DNA of 63,622 bases, filler included, from Streblomastix strix (Eukaryota), in assembly GCA_008636045.1 (NCBI GenBank). It is 2 parts of 2 records of this genome, joined end to end, with 100 filler letters (N's around TTAATTAATTAA, not from the genome) between each part and the next. Parts side by side here need not be neighbours in the genome. Positions count along the whole stretch, not along the records: positions 1 to 31,789 come from SNRW01000077.1; 1 more part is not named here. The stretch is one strand, 5' to 3'. The translations under genes were made by a program, and so were the position numbers. Shown here piece by piece: positions 1-14,436 of this stretch; positions within the stretch are counted from its first letter, which is position 1; every line of letters begins with the position of its first letter. The notes under the pieces are model-generated. The model was given only the letters and a program-made list of their open reading frames with translations. It was not told the origin of the DNA and did no database searches.

Positions 1-3000
1 GAGCTCGAGATATTGAGGATAATCTGAAGGAGATTCTTATAAGACAACTGAAATTGATGGTTTTTGAAGAGAAATCAGTTGAAAAAGTTGCTGATTTAAT
101 CGATGTTCTTTGTGGATTAGCATATGGAAAATGTTTGTAAGATTCATTCAATGTATTATTTAATTAAATTAATATTTTATTCGTTTATATTCAATTATTT
201 ATTTAGGCAACTTACCAGTTATTGCTTCTAAAGACTTTATCCAATCTGTAATTGTGTTGATTTAATCTCCAGATGAATTTGTATAAGGAAGTATACTAGA
301 ACTTCTTCTTATTATGGCTGAGAATTGTGATGCCGAAATTTAATAATTAGAGAAACAAGTTGTTTCTGATCATGGATTCCTTTAGTTAATTGGAATATAT
401 GAGCTTGGTTTGGATTAGAGAGCTTTATAATAAACTTTGAAATGGAGTTAAAATGAGCATTTAGACACAATTGGTATAATTCTCCAATTAACAAAGTAAT
501 ATTAAATAGGAAATGCTAAGAAAATGAGCAAAACATTGAATGAAAGTACATATGCAAATGTTCATTCTTCACTTGAAAAAGTAACAGAATAAATTTCTTA
601 ATCCATTGAATAATAATAATAATAATAAGTTGATGTTTGTTAATTGGGAATTGTAAATAGTTGTTGTGCCTTTATTTCACTTATTTCGGTGCAAGGAGAA
701 ACTATTGTTAATCAAATAGTGTAGAATGGAATTATATAATAATTTGTGAAACTGCTGAATATTCTTCCTGCATAATAAATTCATAATGTTCTTATAAAAA
801 CATTATAACTATTAATTACAGGGAAGTAAAATATATACAAATAAGAACTGTATAATCATGGAGTTGTTTAAACTCTTGCTCGTTACATCACAAATCCTAT
901 ATCTGAAAAAAGTCTTATGCATAGTATAAATATTATTCACAATATCATCTTTTCTGGTGATTGTTTATCTTCCTTCAGATCATAAAAGGATTACCGATAA
1001 CCTATTTGTTTAATGCACAATTATTATGATAGATTATTGAATGATGGAGTTATAAATACTTTGGAATAATGCAAAATTATTAATAAGAATAATTCTCACA
1101 TCTAAATATTAACTTCTAATATGCTTTCTTAACTTTATAAAGGTCGTGCAGTTCCGCATTAACTATTAGAAGTAATTCTCACTGCTCTGGAATAAAAGAT
1201 GAAAATTAATCTTCTTCAAAGGATGGAAATAACATAATAACTTTAATCACTTCAAGCTTTATCTCTTAACAATGCAAATCATTAATCCATTCTTGATCAT
1301 AGATTCATTCCAATTATAGCATCTTCACTAAAATCATATGGATTATAGAATATTTCTAGTACATTTATTCTTTTTTCGTTTCTCTTTGAGAAAGGAGATT
1401 CAAATATGAGAGATGAAATTAGATTAGTAATTTCAGAAGAATAGTTGAGTAGTATGATTAAGAGATAGAAATTATCTATATTATACGATAATAACGAGAA
1501 CCAAGGAAGAAATTTAGGAAATAATCCAGCATCCAATGATTAATATCTGAATTAGTTAGTGTTACGATTTATTGTTTGGTATAAGGAAGAATAAAAGATG
1601 GACTAAATTGCAGAAATTTATAAATAATATAAATATAAAGAAAATGATAAGAATATAAGTAGAATATAATTGAATCAGAACTATTTTTATTGTTTGAGCT
1701 AAATGATAAAAATTATTGAAGAGATTTAAGATCCAGAAATGTAAGTAGGTGCGATGATTCATGTTAGTGAAAGTTTATATGAAGCAACATTTGAAATTAT
1801 TGAAAGAGCAAATATTGAAGAACTTTCAGAAATATTTGATCAATTGCACATAATTGTTGATGAAACCAATGATTTAGTTCTTCTCAATCTGATTGACTCG
1901 CATCTGTTTGAATGGACAAATTTCATTATTGCAGAATGCAGGCATGGTGGATTATCTTCGCATATATAAGATAAAGCAGTTACTCTTATTGCTTAGATTA
2001 TGGCAAGAGGATTATAGATGTGTTTTGATTCAGAGATTAATAAATTTTCCATATCATTCATCAAAGTTGGTCTTGATAAAGTCATGCTTGATCTTATGAA
2101 GGAATTACAAAGTAATGATATTAATAAATTAATGAAGAATGATGAAGTAAAAATAGTAAAAAGAATTAAATTATAAGCAGCAATTGCATATTGTTGTGCA
2201 AAATGCCGACTAGGGATTAATGAAGATTTGCATAAATAATTCATAACAATTTTTCAGAAGTAAATTGATTTGTTTAAAATTAATTTGATGAATATATCAT
2301 TGAAATAACAGGAGTCTTCAAATGCAACATTAAATGAAGGAATTGACGAAATTGATATAAATTTGTTCGAAACAACTAGAAATGTTCTTCTATCAATATA
2401 TTCCATAGGATATGAAAGTATTTTTTTCCAATCTTTTAATAGGAATAGAAAAATACTTGAGGATATTTTACCATTGATTCATATTAATTGTAACTATCCT
2501 CAAAGCATAAAATTATCTGATTCCAATTCTCAGACAGTATTAAATCTCCAATCTGCAGTATATAAAGCATTATCGTGCGCATGACTTAGAAATATTGAAA
2601 ATAAAAATCTATTCACTGAACATACTCCTCTTGATCATATTTCTCATATGTTTAAATCAGATCCAGAACAAAAAACGAGAATTTCTGCTTAAATAGATTA
2701 ATCAATTTCCCAGGTTAACTCTCTTTATTAAAATCCAATATCAAATAACCTAATATGTAATGTTTTGAAATATCTGAGCACTCTTATTCAAGGTTCTAAT
2801 TATATAAAGAAAGAAATAATTAAAAAAACAAATCTCATTGAAAGTATAATAAAACTTTCACAGTGTAATAAACATCATGAATATAGAACTATTTAAGATG
2901 TAAGGTTGATATTTGGTTGCTAAAATGTTATTAAAGAAATAGTAAAAGTTATTGCACCTCAAATGATGGACAGAATTCTTCATGAATAATAAGAGATTAA

Positions 3001-3391
3001 AATAATTACATCAGAATTAAGTTGCTCATTTGGAGAAGTTAACGATTCAGATGAAATTATTAGTATCAATATTCGTTGTATATAAGAAATCTTGGATAAT
3101 CTTGGCAGTCTATAAAAGGATTAGCAAGCTGTGCAACTTCTCGATGAAGTAAATGAAGATCTTGAATCTGAAGGAATTGCTGAAGAAACAGATCTTTTAA
3201 TCTTCCACAGCGATATCAGACAAGATGTTGGAGTGTATCAATGTGCATAAGGTTTGAAGAAGAAATTAAGGAAGTTGAAAAATCCCAGATAGAGAATTAT
3301 TAAAGATGGGCTAGTTGTTGAAGATAATGAGCACGTTTAAGTTAGAATCATTGGGAATGATGTTGTGTTTCATAATATCATTTTCATGTGA
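1..3391 (+). CDS. Large ARM/HEAT-like helical repeat protein of an expanded lineage-specific family (5' end outside window; one in-frame TGA at 2582)
   Basis: With TAR=Gln one frame is open from 209 to TGA 3389-3391 (intron 133-206, GTTTG..AG) except TGA 2582-2584. Shares LIHINC..P and E.EG..EE.D motifs with the genes at 11462-14018 and 45284-47232. Confidence 0.7.
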
Positions 3392-3517
3392 AGAAAATGA
3401 ATATATTCGATCTAGAGTTTATTTGTCTTTATTTTATATAAATGAATTTCCCAAATAAAGTAAATAATTAATAAAATAAAATTAGTTTATAGTTTCATTT
3501 GTACTTAAATATAATAA

Positions 3518-4344
3518 TTATATATTATTAGATTCATGGATTGAACTGATCGACCTTTTTTCTTTCATCGATTCTTTCTTTTTGGAACTATATGCTGCTG
3601 AAGTTGGAACTATATGCTGCTGAAGTTGGAGGTTTAATGTTGCTGAATCTTGAGCTTCACCGGTTGTATATCCAATCCGCTCGAAAGTGTCCAGAATGCA
3701 TTCTGCAGCCACCAGCTTTGCTTTTTGTAATATGGCATCTGCAGCTAAAACGTTTGAGCTTTATGCTGCAACTAGATTTCTGATTAAGCTTCCATTCGAT
3801 GAAATTTTCTCACCTTCAACAATTTTTGAAGGCATTTCAATCTTCAATGGCGATAAGTCCAATCTTGATCTTTATTGTAACGCTTTAATGTGGTCTTCGT
3901 CAAACTCAAGGACAAGTGGATCAGAATCTTTTGCCTTTTAGTCCATTCTTGAAGTACATAATCATCTTACTGCTTTTTTTATTGTCTTTTTAGTTTTTTA
4001 TTCAAGATGCCTGGTAAATCAGGGTCTTCACATTCAATTGAAGTTTCATCATTTGAATATTCACATAAATCAGCAATTGTTCGCCGAAGTGTTTCTAAGT
4101 TTGCGTAGCGAACATCTTCATCTCCAGACATTTACCAAAAATCTAAGTTATTGTCTTCGGCGGATTGTGCGCCAGGAGATGCGGTGTAATCATCGTTATC
4201 TTCAGAGTTGCCGTCCATCGCGTCTATGAAGTCTTCGAATGGAATCTCAGCCCGCGTGCGAACAAAATGGTCATTTTCGTTATCAACGTGCTCATTTGAG
4301 TCGTTGTTGGATTGATTAACCTGAAGGCGTTAATGATATCCCAT
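3518..4344 (-). pseudogene. Degenerate ORF, possibly a gag/ORF1 remnant of a retroelement
   Basis: GC-richer island; acidic N-part, frameshift near 3990, then helical NLVAAQSSNVLAADAIL..AAECILDTFERIGYTTGEAQ; internal 22-bp tandem duplication 3582-3625. No RT or recombinase seen, so the retroelement call is inference. Confidence 0.35.
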
Positions 4345-4699
4345 ACCGAATCAAGTGTGCATAAATACCGACACAAACTTTTTGAGGCAAAACCGAAGCA
4401 AAAGGCACTAGAAATACTTTTATGAACAATAGCTGTTTGTATGAGCTATGCTGTTCCGTATTATAATCAATTAATTTATTATTTATATCCAATAAATGAA
4501 TTAGAACTAGATTTCGTCATTTAACTGGCAAGAATTGATATCTGACGCTCTTGATTAATAAGATACAAATTTGATAATAATTTTGCAAATAAAGATAAAA
4601 TATAAACAGAAATATAATTATAAACTGATATTTATAATGATACTATATTTGATTATGGACATTCAATGATTGGCATATTATAATCCATAATTTATTCAA

Positions 4700-6290
4700 A
4701 TTCTTTATCAAGCATACCTAAGACTGGATGCATTCATAAACAAATTGCAATGAGTGAATTTGAGTTGATGATTAATGCAAAACTGACATTTGAAGTTGCA
4801 TTTGTAAGTCTTGAAGGTACTTATTTGCAAACAAATACTTCTAGTTAATAACAAAATCCATATTAAACGATTGAATATGCAAATTTTCACATTTCTTTAT
4901 CTCAAAGGCTTTATAACATCTTTATATCTTTCCTGGGAATTTCACAGAAAATTGTATCTATATTGGAGGATAGAATGTATCAATTACAAGAACTACTTAT
5001 GAACTTTCCGATCCAAAAGAATAATTTTCAGCAAATTTTGAATTTCGTGGACCAATAGAGAATCATAATTCAATATTGACTAATGATGACTTAATCCAAA
5101 TCTATGATGGAGCTCTTACACTTCATACTCTTGTTATACGAATTGATAACTGCGATGAAAGTTTCACATATCCATTCAGTTCAATTGCAATTCATGGATC
5201 AAAAGTATCTGTTTCTATTCAATAATGTACATTTCAAACGATAAATAACATACTAACCTTGAATAAAGACTTCTTATCGCTTGATAGAAGAGGCAATCTT
5301 ACTATTAGAAGTACATTAGTTTAAAAAATAGTCGAAAATTTTAGGCCAGTAATATATATTGCTGTTTCTAGGAAATCACATGTAATTCTTTAATGTATCA
5401 ATATTACAAGGAGTGAAATCTTTAATTCAAGTTTTAGAAAAATTTATCTGTAATATTATTCTGCAGGAACAGTATTATTAGATCAATGATAATTCTAAAA
5501 TAATATTGCTGTAACTTATATATATGAAGGATATAAGCCATTTGCAGGAACATTGTTGATTCAATTATGTGAAAGTTCTTTATCTACATCTTTTAGTTCT
5601 GGAAGTGAATAATATTAATAATCGAAAAGTTCAAGAAAACAAATACTAATTAATTGCATGTTTGTTTGAATGAAAAATGGATATGAAATATTGAATTTTT
5701 ATCCACTTTATAAATTTTTAATAATTTACTTATATTCAAATTAATAATTATTTATTAAATATTTATATATTTATTTACTCAAAAAAGTTTTTAAAACTAT
5801 ATTGGCGATTGTGGTGGAGCTGTAACTATTTCTGGAACACGAAATCATCTTTAAGAGGAAAGGTTAAGATTCATTGGAGGCATCTTTAAATATAACAGAG
5901 CTGGATCGATTCTTCACTTTGACTATGTACCTTTTGGGAATGATATATATTTCAATATTAATAGTATTGCATGTAATATGTGATTAAAATGTTTGATAGA
6001 AATAATTTAATTCTGTAGAATAATAAGTTTTTTAATAATTAATTTTCATGAATTGATTTTATTGTTAAATTTTTAATTATTAGCTCATTTACTAACCGAT
6101 GTTTATTCAATTAATTTTACTGAAAAATCATCTCTATCAAGTTCATTTAATTCTTCCTTCTTCTAATTGTGTTCTTTGATGATAAAGATAAAGAGAATGA
6201 GTATCAGAAAAATGCTAATTAATTACACAATAAATTTGCAATAATTTTAATTACCAGATGTATATTTTCTGCAAAATCGGCAAGTATGAT
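4700..6290 (+). pseudogene. Degenerate parallel beta-helix (pectin-lyase-like) surface protein fragment
   Basis: Reads DLIQIYDGALTLHTL..SIQQCTFQ..GTVLLDQ*QFQNN..GDCGGAVTISG..FKYNRAG..GNDIYF, with the GGA(V/I) and FxxN motifs of beta-helix/PMP-like repeats; in-frame TGA, no clean ends. Confidence 0.5.
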
Positions 6291-8912
6291 AATTTCGTTA
6301 TTATCTAATTATTGTTTTAATTAATTGTAATTCGTTCTTTATTAAATATTATCAAATTAATGTAATTAACAATAAGCAAATTTTTAAAATTCGTTCTCAG
6401 TTTAAATATTTTTTCGCTATTATTATCACCTTTTCGTTTTGCTTTCGTCAAAATTATTATTTTCATCTTTAATTTAAGATTTTATTTTTGAAATCTTAAT
6501 TTTTCATTTAAATTATTTTATTTGTAGATTTAATTTATTATTTTAATTGGTCTAAATTAGTATAATTTACAAAAGTAGTCATAAACGTCAGACTCATAAT
6601 CGGGAATATCAATTTCATCTTTCAAAATTTAAAAAGGCTAATTTTTTTAATAGTATTGGATAAAGGATGAAGAATTAGAGAAACTAAGTGGAGTTTGAAT
6701 GGAAGGAGAAGTGAATGGATTGAGTGTCTATTGCCGATTAGTCAGTGGTGATGATTTAATAGTTTGACAATATGATTAAAAGTTCTGAATTGTTAACTTA
6801 TTAAGCGCATTTCTGTCTCATTAAGGTTCCAAATGCTGCACACTTTCAAATTATTGATTTTTTTGAAATCGATTACATTATTTTATTAGATTTTTGTATT
6901 ACAATTTTTGTTATTTATTCTTAGTTTTGAATTTTATTATGAAAAATTCTTAATTTTTTTTATTTTTATGATTTTCTTTTTAATTATTTTGAAGCATTTA
7001 ATGTTTAATTCTTATTTTTTTTGAACTCTTAAATTTGTTAATTTGTTTTAAATAATTTATTATTGTTAATTATTTTAATAGTTCATTATACTTAAATCAA
7101 CTTTTTACTTTTTTATTTAATAAATTTCAACAAAATTATATGTTTTCACATTAAATATTTATTAAATATCTTTGAAATTTTATTTTTCATCAATTAATGC
7201 AAAATAATTATTTGAAATTGGTTCTATTGCTATTTAAATTTCAATTTTGATTTAATTATTAAATTGGTGTCTTTTTAATATTATTACTATTCATGTCTAA
7301 CTACAAAATTAGTTCATTATTCCAACTTCATATATGTAAAAATCATAGTTAAATCCTGTCTAATTTTTTATTTACTGCTAGATCTTGAAAGGTTTTAAAG
7401 CATTTGCAATTGAATGGTAATTTATTTTAAATCTATTATTCTATAACTAATTTGATTTATTTTCAATTTTAAATATTTGTATTAGAAAATTTCTGCTATT
7501 CAATAAACATGCACTTACGTTATAAAATTTAGAAGCACATTACAAAAAATCATTTCAAATTGTTAAATTATTTTAATCCTTTTTTTATTATGTTTCTTTT
7601 CCTAAATCATTTTTTTTAATAAAATCTTTTATTACTCTTTTAAATTAATTGTTAGAAATTTAATTAATTATTTGAATTAAAATTTATAGAAATTTTTGTA
7701 ACTTTGAAGGCTTCAAATAGTTCTAATTTTATATTTTATTTTTTTCATAAATGTCATTAAAAAATTTTTCTGTCATCAACATTTTTAGTTACAGAATTAA
7801 TATGTAATAAAAAATATTAAATGAAGTATATGTTTTATTTCAAATCAATATAATTTAAATTCTATTGTTAATTAATTTAAAATTATAAATTTTTGTTTAA
7901 TGTTTAAATTTAAATTTTTTAAATTATTAAAGAATAATGAAAATTTTACATTTTTTTCCATATTTAAAATTTTTATTTTCGGATTTATAATTTCAATTTA
8001 AAATTATTGACTTTTTCACAAATTTATCAAATAATCATGGATTAAAATATATAAACAGTAAATAAACTTCAATAGGAAGCAATTTTTGACTTTTAGTATT
8101 AATAGGGAAATTTTTTTTAGTTTAAATTTCCTATTCAAATCATCACGTTCGCTAAAAGTCACTTTTAAGAAATATTTAATTTTTCACTTTCAAATATAAA
8201 TAATTAAAATTATAAAAATTACTAATATAAAATTATCGTGAAATTTATACATATTAAATACAGCATGAGCCGAAATATTGTAATCTATAAGAACTTTTAA
8301 TAAACCATATTTAAAAATATAATTTAAATAATCAATTATAAGTCATTTCTGTTTAAATTATCAATAAAAATTTTCATTAAAAAAATATAAAATTTCAATT
8401 TTGATTCAATTTGAAATTCAATAAAATTAATAACTTTTTAATTCTATTTGACATTTATGAACAATTATTTGAAATTCATTCAAAATTTATTAAAAATTTT
8501 ATATTTTTATAATTTTAAAACTTAACAAACAAAATTTTATTTTTTTTATATTTCTTAAAAAACCCAGAAAATTGTATTTTGACAAATTTTCTTTAAATTA
8601 TCTAAAAATATAGCTGAAAAATATTTTAATCGAATTGAAATCATGTTTATAGTGAATGAAATTTTGAATTTTTCTTTGCGTCATTGCTTAACCATACATT
8701 TTTAAATAGAAAATCAATAAGTAATTTTATATTCTCTCCGAATTGAGGTTGAATTTCTGCTGAAGAAGTTTTGAATGGAGAAAATAGTGTAGAAAAGTTG
8801 TGAATAAAAAAATCAAAATATAAATTAGATTTTGTCTGTTCATATAAAAGAAAAAATATTTTATGTGTATGTAAAATTTCAACAACTTTTCATATTTCTT
8901 CTAAATCAGTAA

Positions 8913-9385
8913 TTGCTTAAAGGTCAGAAGGTCAAAATGAGGAAGAAAGAGCAAAAGAAGATCTTATTGTATAGTTAATTAAATTTTGAAAATATGATTA
9001 TGTCATGATTTATGGGAATAAAGCGAAAAGAGCAATATTGAACATCATTTACAAGAATATTTCAAATTTATTATTATGAGAATTGATAGAATGTATATGT
9101 TTAACATTTGTGCAATTATTTTACTTTATTTTTAAGTTTTTTTAAATAATTTTTATTCTTTTTATATATTTTTATTGAATTTTAATCTTTAACATTATTA
9201 CAAGTTTATATCTACATCATATCACCATTTATTCCGATCCATCATTTGTGAAGCCAGATTTATAATACTTCTTTATTCTTTCTTTTTTTTTTTCTTTCTT
9301 TAATAAACATTTCACTTTCAAATATACTCTCTCATAAATAAAGAAGAAAAAGTTTGATTAATTTATTTTTTTTTATTTATTTAAA
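8913..9385 (+). repeat. Direct repeat copy 1 (~470 bp) of 10751-11215
   Basis: Both copies begin ttgcttaaaggtcagaaggtcaaa and share long near-identical blocks (e.g. ctttaacattattacaagtttatatctac..tttgtgaagccagatttataa). Confidence 0.9.
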
Positions 9386-9990
9386 CAAAATTTCAATATA
9401 ACTAATTATTACACATTATATTTGATAAATGAAAATTTAAATATCGAACTAATACATTAATTCCTACCAAAAAGTTTTTTCGTGATTGTTCGGTAATTTA
9501 AAATCGTCACATTTTAGTTTTCAAATAATTAAATATAAATATGCCTTATTAAATTGTTTTAAATATAACTATAAAAATTTAGCCAATAATTACTCAAAAT
9601 TTAACACTAATTAACAAAATATAAATTTATCGCAAAAATCAAACGATAAAATCTTATTTAACTTTATTTTTAAATCTATTTTACATTTAGATGAATAATT
9701 TATACTATTTTCAACAATTCTTATTCAACAAACTAATCACAATTTCCGAATTGAATTAATAGCATTAAATTCTATACATAACTCATTAAAAAAACTTATT
9801 TTCAACATAATTTTGTTTTAGATTCCAACAATTATATCCCCGCATTATTTTTTAATTTACAAATACCAAATATTTAAACTGTTCGATTCAAATTCGCTTT
9901 TGGATTGTTTCCTGTCTTTTTACTATTTCACTGTTTTAATATATTTTAACTTTTTAATAATTTTATTTTATATTATTATTCCACCCTGTA

Positions 9991-10930
9991 GATTATATAT
10001 TAGGATGCCTTGAGGCTGTGGCCAGCACTCTTCACTGTTTCTACTTCAAATCAATCTGTCATTTATATCTTTCCCGAATGAGATGACCACCCTTCAACAA
10101 TTTACTGCTTAAACTTTTATGGTATTAACATTTACACTTTATTAACAATCAACTAATATTAAACCATTTATTTTTGTAGACATTTTCTGATCAGAATGCT
10201 TTCAAACACTCCACAATAAAGCTGTAATCCAATTCAAATGAACAAATCAAACAACAAATTCCAGAATCACTCATTCAATAACAATAATCTAAATAACCTT
10301 CACCAATTCCAAGTCAATGATTAGAGATGATAAAGAATAAAAAAGAAACTAAATCAGCTGTAACAATAAAACAAATATTTGACAATAGATTACGATAACC
10401 TTTTCATGCTCATTATATTCCACTTAGACTCACAAATTCAGAACAAAAATAGAGAAATCATTAATATTGTTAATTAGTGCACAAATGCAAAACAGATCAA
10501 ACTCGTCAAACATGAAACTAATCTTAACATGAATAACACCAGTCAAAATAGAAGTTCAGTGTCGCTACTTTGGCTTTGTTTGCCCAATACTTGATATGAC
10601 CATAATATCCTTTATTAATCAATTAAGCATCGATTTCTTCATTTGCACCTTCTTCTTCTATTTGCTCTACTGATCTACGAGCAAGTAAAGGTTAAAGTTT
10701 GAAATATGATTAAAATACTGAGTATTTATCATTTGCAACATAACCAACACTTGCTTAAAGGTCAGAAGGTCAAATTGTGAAAGAAAGAGCAATAAAAAGA
10801 TCTAAATGTTTAATTAATTAGAATTTGAAAATATGATTATGTCAAGAATTATGGTAATAAAGCGAAAAGGGCAATATTGAACATCATTATCAAGATTAAT
10901 TCAAGTTAATTTAGGATATTAAAAACAGTT
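9991..10930 (+). pseudogene. Degenerate coding remnant of unknown family whose 3' end is the duplicated repeat
   Basis: Codon-like Q/S/P-rich segments with GT-AG-like boundaries (10122-10179) and several TGA stops and frameshifts. Confidence 0.35.
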
Positions 10931-11215
10931 AATTGTTTTTAATTGCTCACTTTTTTTCACTTTATTTTTGAGTTTTTTAAATAATTTTTATTCATTTTAT
11001 ATATTTTTATTGAATTTTAATCTTTAACATTATTACAAGTTTATATCTACCTCATATCACCATTTATTCTGATCCTTCATTTGTGAAGCCAGATTTATAA
11101 TAATTCTTTATTCTTTCTTTTTTTTCTTTCTTTAATAAACATTTCACTTTCAAATAAACTGTTTTATAAATAAAGATGAAATTGTTTGATTAATTTATTT
11201 TATAATTTATTTAAA
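10751..11215 (+). repeat. Direct repeat copy 2 of 8913-9385
   Basis: Alignable by eye along its whole length. Confidence 0.9.
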
Positions 11216-11461
11216 TATTACTATTTAAATCATAAATTTAATCGTGCAAATATATCCAATTATGGAACTTTGACAGATTAAGTGGGATAGACTTAGATTG
11301 CTTGATGAGTTTTGAAACCATTCGAAAAATAAATTCTTATTCTTGATCATTTAATAAAATATGAATCTTTTTTTATTAAAATACAAATTTTAGTATAGTT
11401 TTTTTATATATATTTTATTTATTAATGAATTGGATAATTCATAAAGATATCTATTTGATAA

Positions 11462-14018
11462 TCAAAATTAAAGATTATATTAATGCATAAATCTGCGCAT
11501 ATAAGTTTAAAAGCGGTTAATTATTGTTGCTTATGTTAAGAGTGAGTTATGCTTTACAATTTCAAATTTAGCGCTGAAGTTTTATGAAACATATTAAGTT
11601 ATTAAAGCATCAACTTCCTCATTTCCTCCCAATTCTTCAAAAATCTCTTTCGATTTCATCTACTAAATTTTTGACTGATAGCTTTATATAAGCACTCCAA
11701 GAATTGGATCAAAAATCCCCTTTATATTAATTATCGCCTGATTAATAACCCCCGAATCTTCTTCTTCAGACCCACCAGCTGCAGCTACGATTTCTACCAT
11801 TGCTTTAATAGGCCCAAATTAAAGCTGGACGGAAGCACCAAAATTTTCCTGTATCTGGTTAAGACTTTCGATGCTGCATTTCCTGACCTCTGAAGATGCA
11901 TGCCAATCTGCATTAGAATAGAAAACTCTTCCATATAAAGAAAGTTTTATAAGGGACTGAACTACACCTAACGAAATTATTGCTATAGTGGAATTGAAAT
12001 AATCATTTTGATGAATTCCATTATAATGATTATTAATAATTTTTGTAAGAAGTTGGAGCGATGAAACGATAATTGCAGGAGGTGCGGTTTATGATTCAAG
12101 TTCAACATATTTTACAATACTTGAATCAACATCATCTTTAATTAGCTACAATGATGAACTTTCTTATTTCACTGCAAAATTGTTGATGCCAGCAGCGATA
12201 TGTGCAAGAATGTTGTGCTCATCCTTCAAAAAGTATCTAAAATTCTCGTTTGCTTTGGCAACACAAAAACAAGACGTAACAGAAGTGACATACAATTAAT
12301 GCAGCGAAACTGAAGTGTGAATTTTGATTCTGTATGGACAACTGATCTCAGAAGTACAGTTCATGTGAATCAATAATGAAATATTTTCTTTGAAGAGTTT
12401 AAGAAATATATTATAGCAATCTTTATCATTATAGTTACTTTCACATATATCTACAGTCAATTTGCCAATAATTCTTATTAATGTTGACATTCTAATTAAA
12501 TGATTCTCTAATTAGTTGTTGTCTTTATCAATACACATTATAGAATTATATTGTACTTCAGTACTTGACATTCTGAGCTTATGCAATATATCTGAAATAT
12601 TTCTATTCAACACTTTGTATATGTTATTTGCATTTGACGAATCTATGCTTATATTTACAAACATTGCATATATACAAAGCAACTGCATTGTCGTGTCGTT
12701 CTGTTAATAATCTTCAGTTTGAGCATCAATCTAAATACTCTATAATATTAATGATATAAACTTATACTTTAATTACGACTCCGCGAAATTAATGCAGAAA
12801 TAATTTAATTTGAGATTTTGTCCACGTTCAGCAGCGAATTCGAGAATATCAAGAAGTGAGCTCTAGAATACATTAGTGTAATTAGATAGCCACTTGCTAA
12901 AGCAAACAAAAATCCATCTGTCAAACAACTTTTTAAAATGTTCAATGTCGCATGTTTTCAGGTGATCTAATATTGCTCATGCTTTATCTTGTTTGACATC
13001 ATCATTATTATCAATATCAATCCATGTAATGATACTTAAAGGACAATTATCAATACCTTTCTAACATATTTCTATCATATCTTCTTCAATTTTCTAATTT
13101 TCATTAATCTTCAAATACATCTCAATCAACTTATAGATGGTCTCAAATTAATATTCTTATTCAATTTTATTTTCTAATTCTTCGTCTTATAATTGTTCCT
13201 AAATATTTACTTTAACTTGAATAAGATATTTAATCTTTCCCAGAAACCCAGATTCCTGAATATTTTGTATGAATTCATCATAATTTACACCAGTCATTCA
13301 TTCCATAATAAATTATCTAACCATATCAAGAAGCGCAATCTAAGTTAAAGTTGTGCATTATCCCAAATGCTTCTAGATAACATAGAATAAACCTACTCTG
13401 GCAGAATTGTGCATGAATCTAAAATTATACTAATTAATTTTCTTTTGAATTGATGCCAATTTTTCGATTTTTTGGATGTCGGTTAATTTTTTTGATCTAA
13501 ATGTGGAATCGATGTTTTAGGCATTTTCGTTCATATTTACTAATAATTTAAATGAAATATAAATAATTATAATATAAGATTATTTTAAAAAAATATAATT
13601 ATAATAATATAATATGAATTTATTAAAAAAATACTTTGATTTAAATCTATCTTGATCATAGCTGGATACTTTTAATCTTGAGTGTTTTTAAATATTTAAA
13701 TAAAAATATTAGAAGTTAATAAATCAAATAATATTTTTATTATTTTAAAAAAACTAACATTTTCAATATTATTATTATTTTAATTAAAAGTTTCATACAT
13801 GATTTCTTTTCTTTCTTAGGAGAAGGCTTACGGTCCAATTTTGGTGTGTTTTATTATCCACTCTTTGAAGATTATTTTGGCTTAGGAGCTTTTTTAGCTT
13901 CAGTTTTCTTTTCAACTTTAGTTTCAATTACATCGTTCACAATATTGGTTTCATCCTTATCCATACTTGAAGTTGATTCTTTTTTCTTTTTGCTTTTTTA
14001 GTTTGACTTTGGTGGCAT
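11462..14018 (-). CDS. ARM-like family protein with Lys-rich N-terminus (2 introns; two in-frame TGA, possible pseudogene)
   Basis: ATG 14018 MPPKSNQKSKKKKES; splicing two introns (~13798-13677, ~13634-13540) keeps frame into a long exon ending at TGA 11464-11462; motifs LLIHMNC..CP and FEELGGNEEVDALI; internal TGA at ~13298-13300 and 12977-12979. Confidence 0.7.
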
Positions 14019-14436
14019 GTTATTTTTGTTCTAAATAAAATAATTTTATGTAAATTTAGAGTTAATCAAAGATTTCTATTAATAATTTATATAATAATTA
14101 ATAGTTATGGTTTATTTCTAATTTTGCTGATAAATAAAAAATAAAGTGTAAATATCTGTAAATTTCAATTGAAGTACTTATAAAATTGTAAAGGTTTATG
14201 TAAAATAAATAATAATAACAAATTAAAATAAATAATTGAATTTTTAAGAAATATAAATTTGTTACAATGCAGATATTATAGAAAAACTAAATATAAAGAA
14301 AAATAAAGTGTTATTATTTTATTGCTTTTTATTAAATTAAATATAAATTTCATTCATATAATTATTTAATGTAGAAATTGTGTAAAATGAGAAAAATTTA
14401 TATGGTGTGGCTTGAAATCCCTTCAGGTCGATTAAA

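Noticed and set aside
2582..2584. Selenocysteine or fixed TGA=Trp reassignment
   Set aside because: Conserved genes terminate at TGA and use TGG for Trp; internal TGAs correspond to several different residues; no SECIS was recognised.
6300..8900. Genes or RNA genes in the AT desert
   Set aside because: Only short coding-like scraps (~6690-6850, ~8730-8800); no tRNA, rRNA or sustained ORF recognisable.
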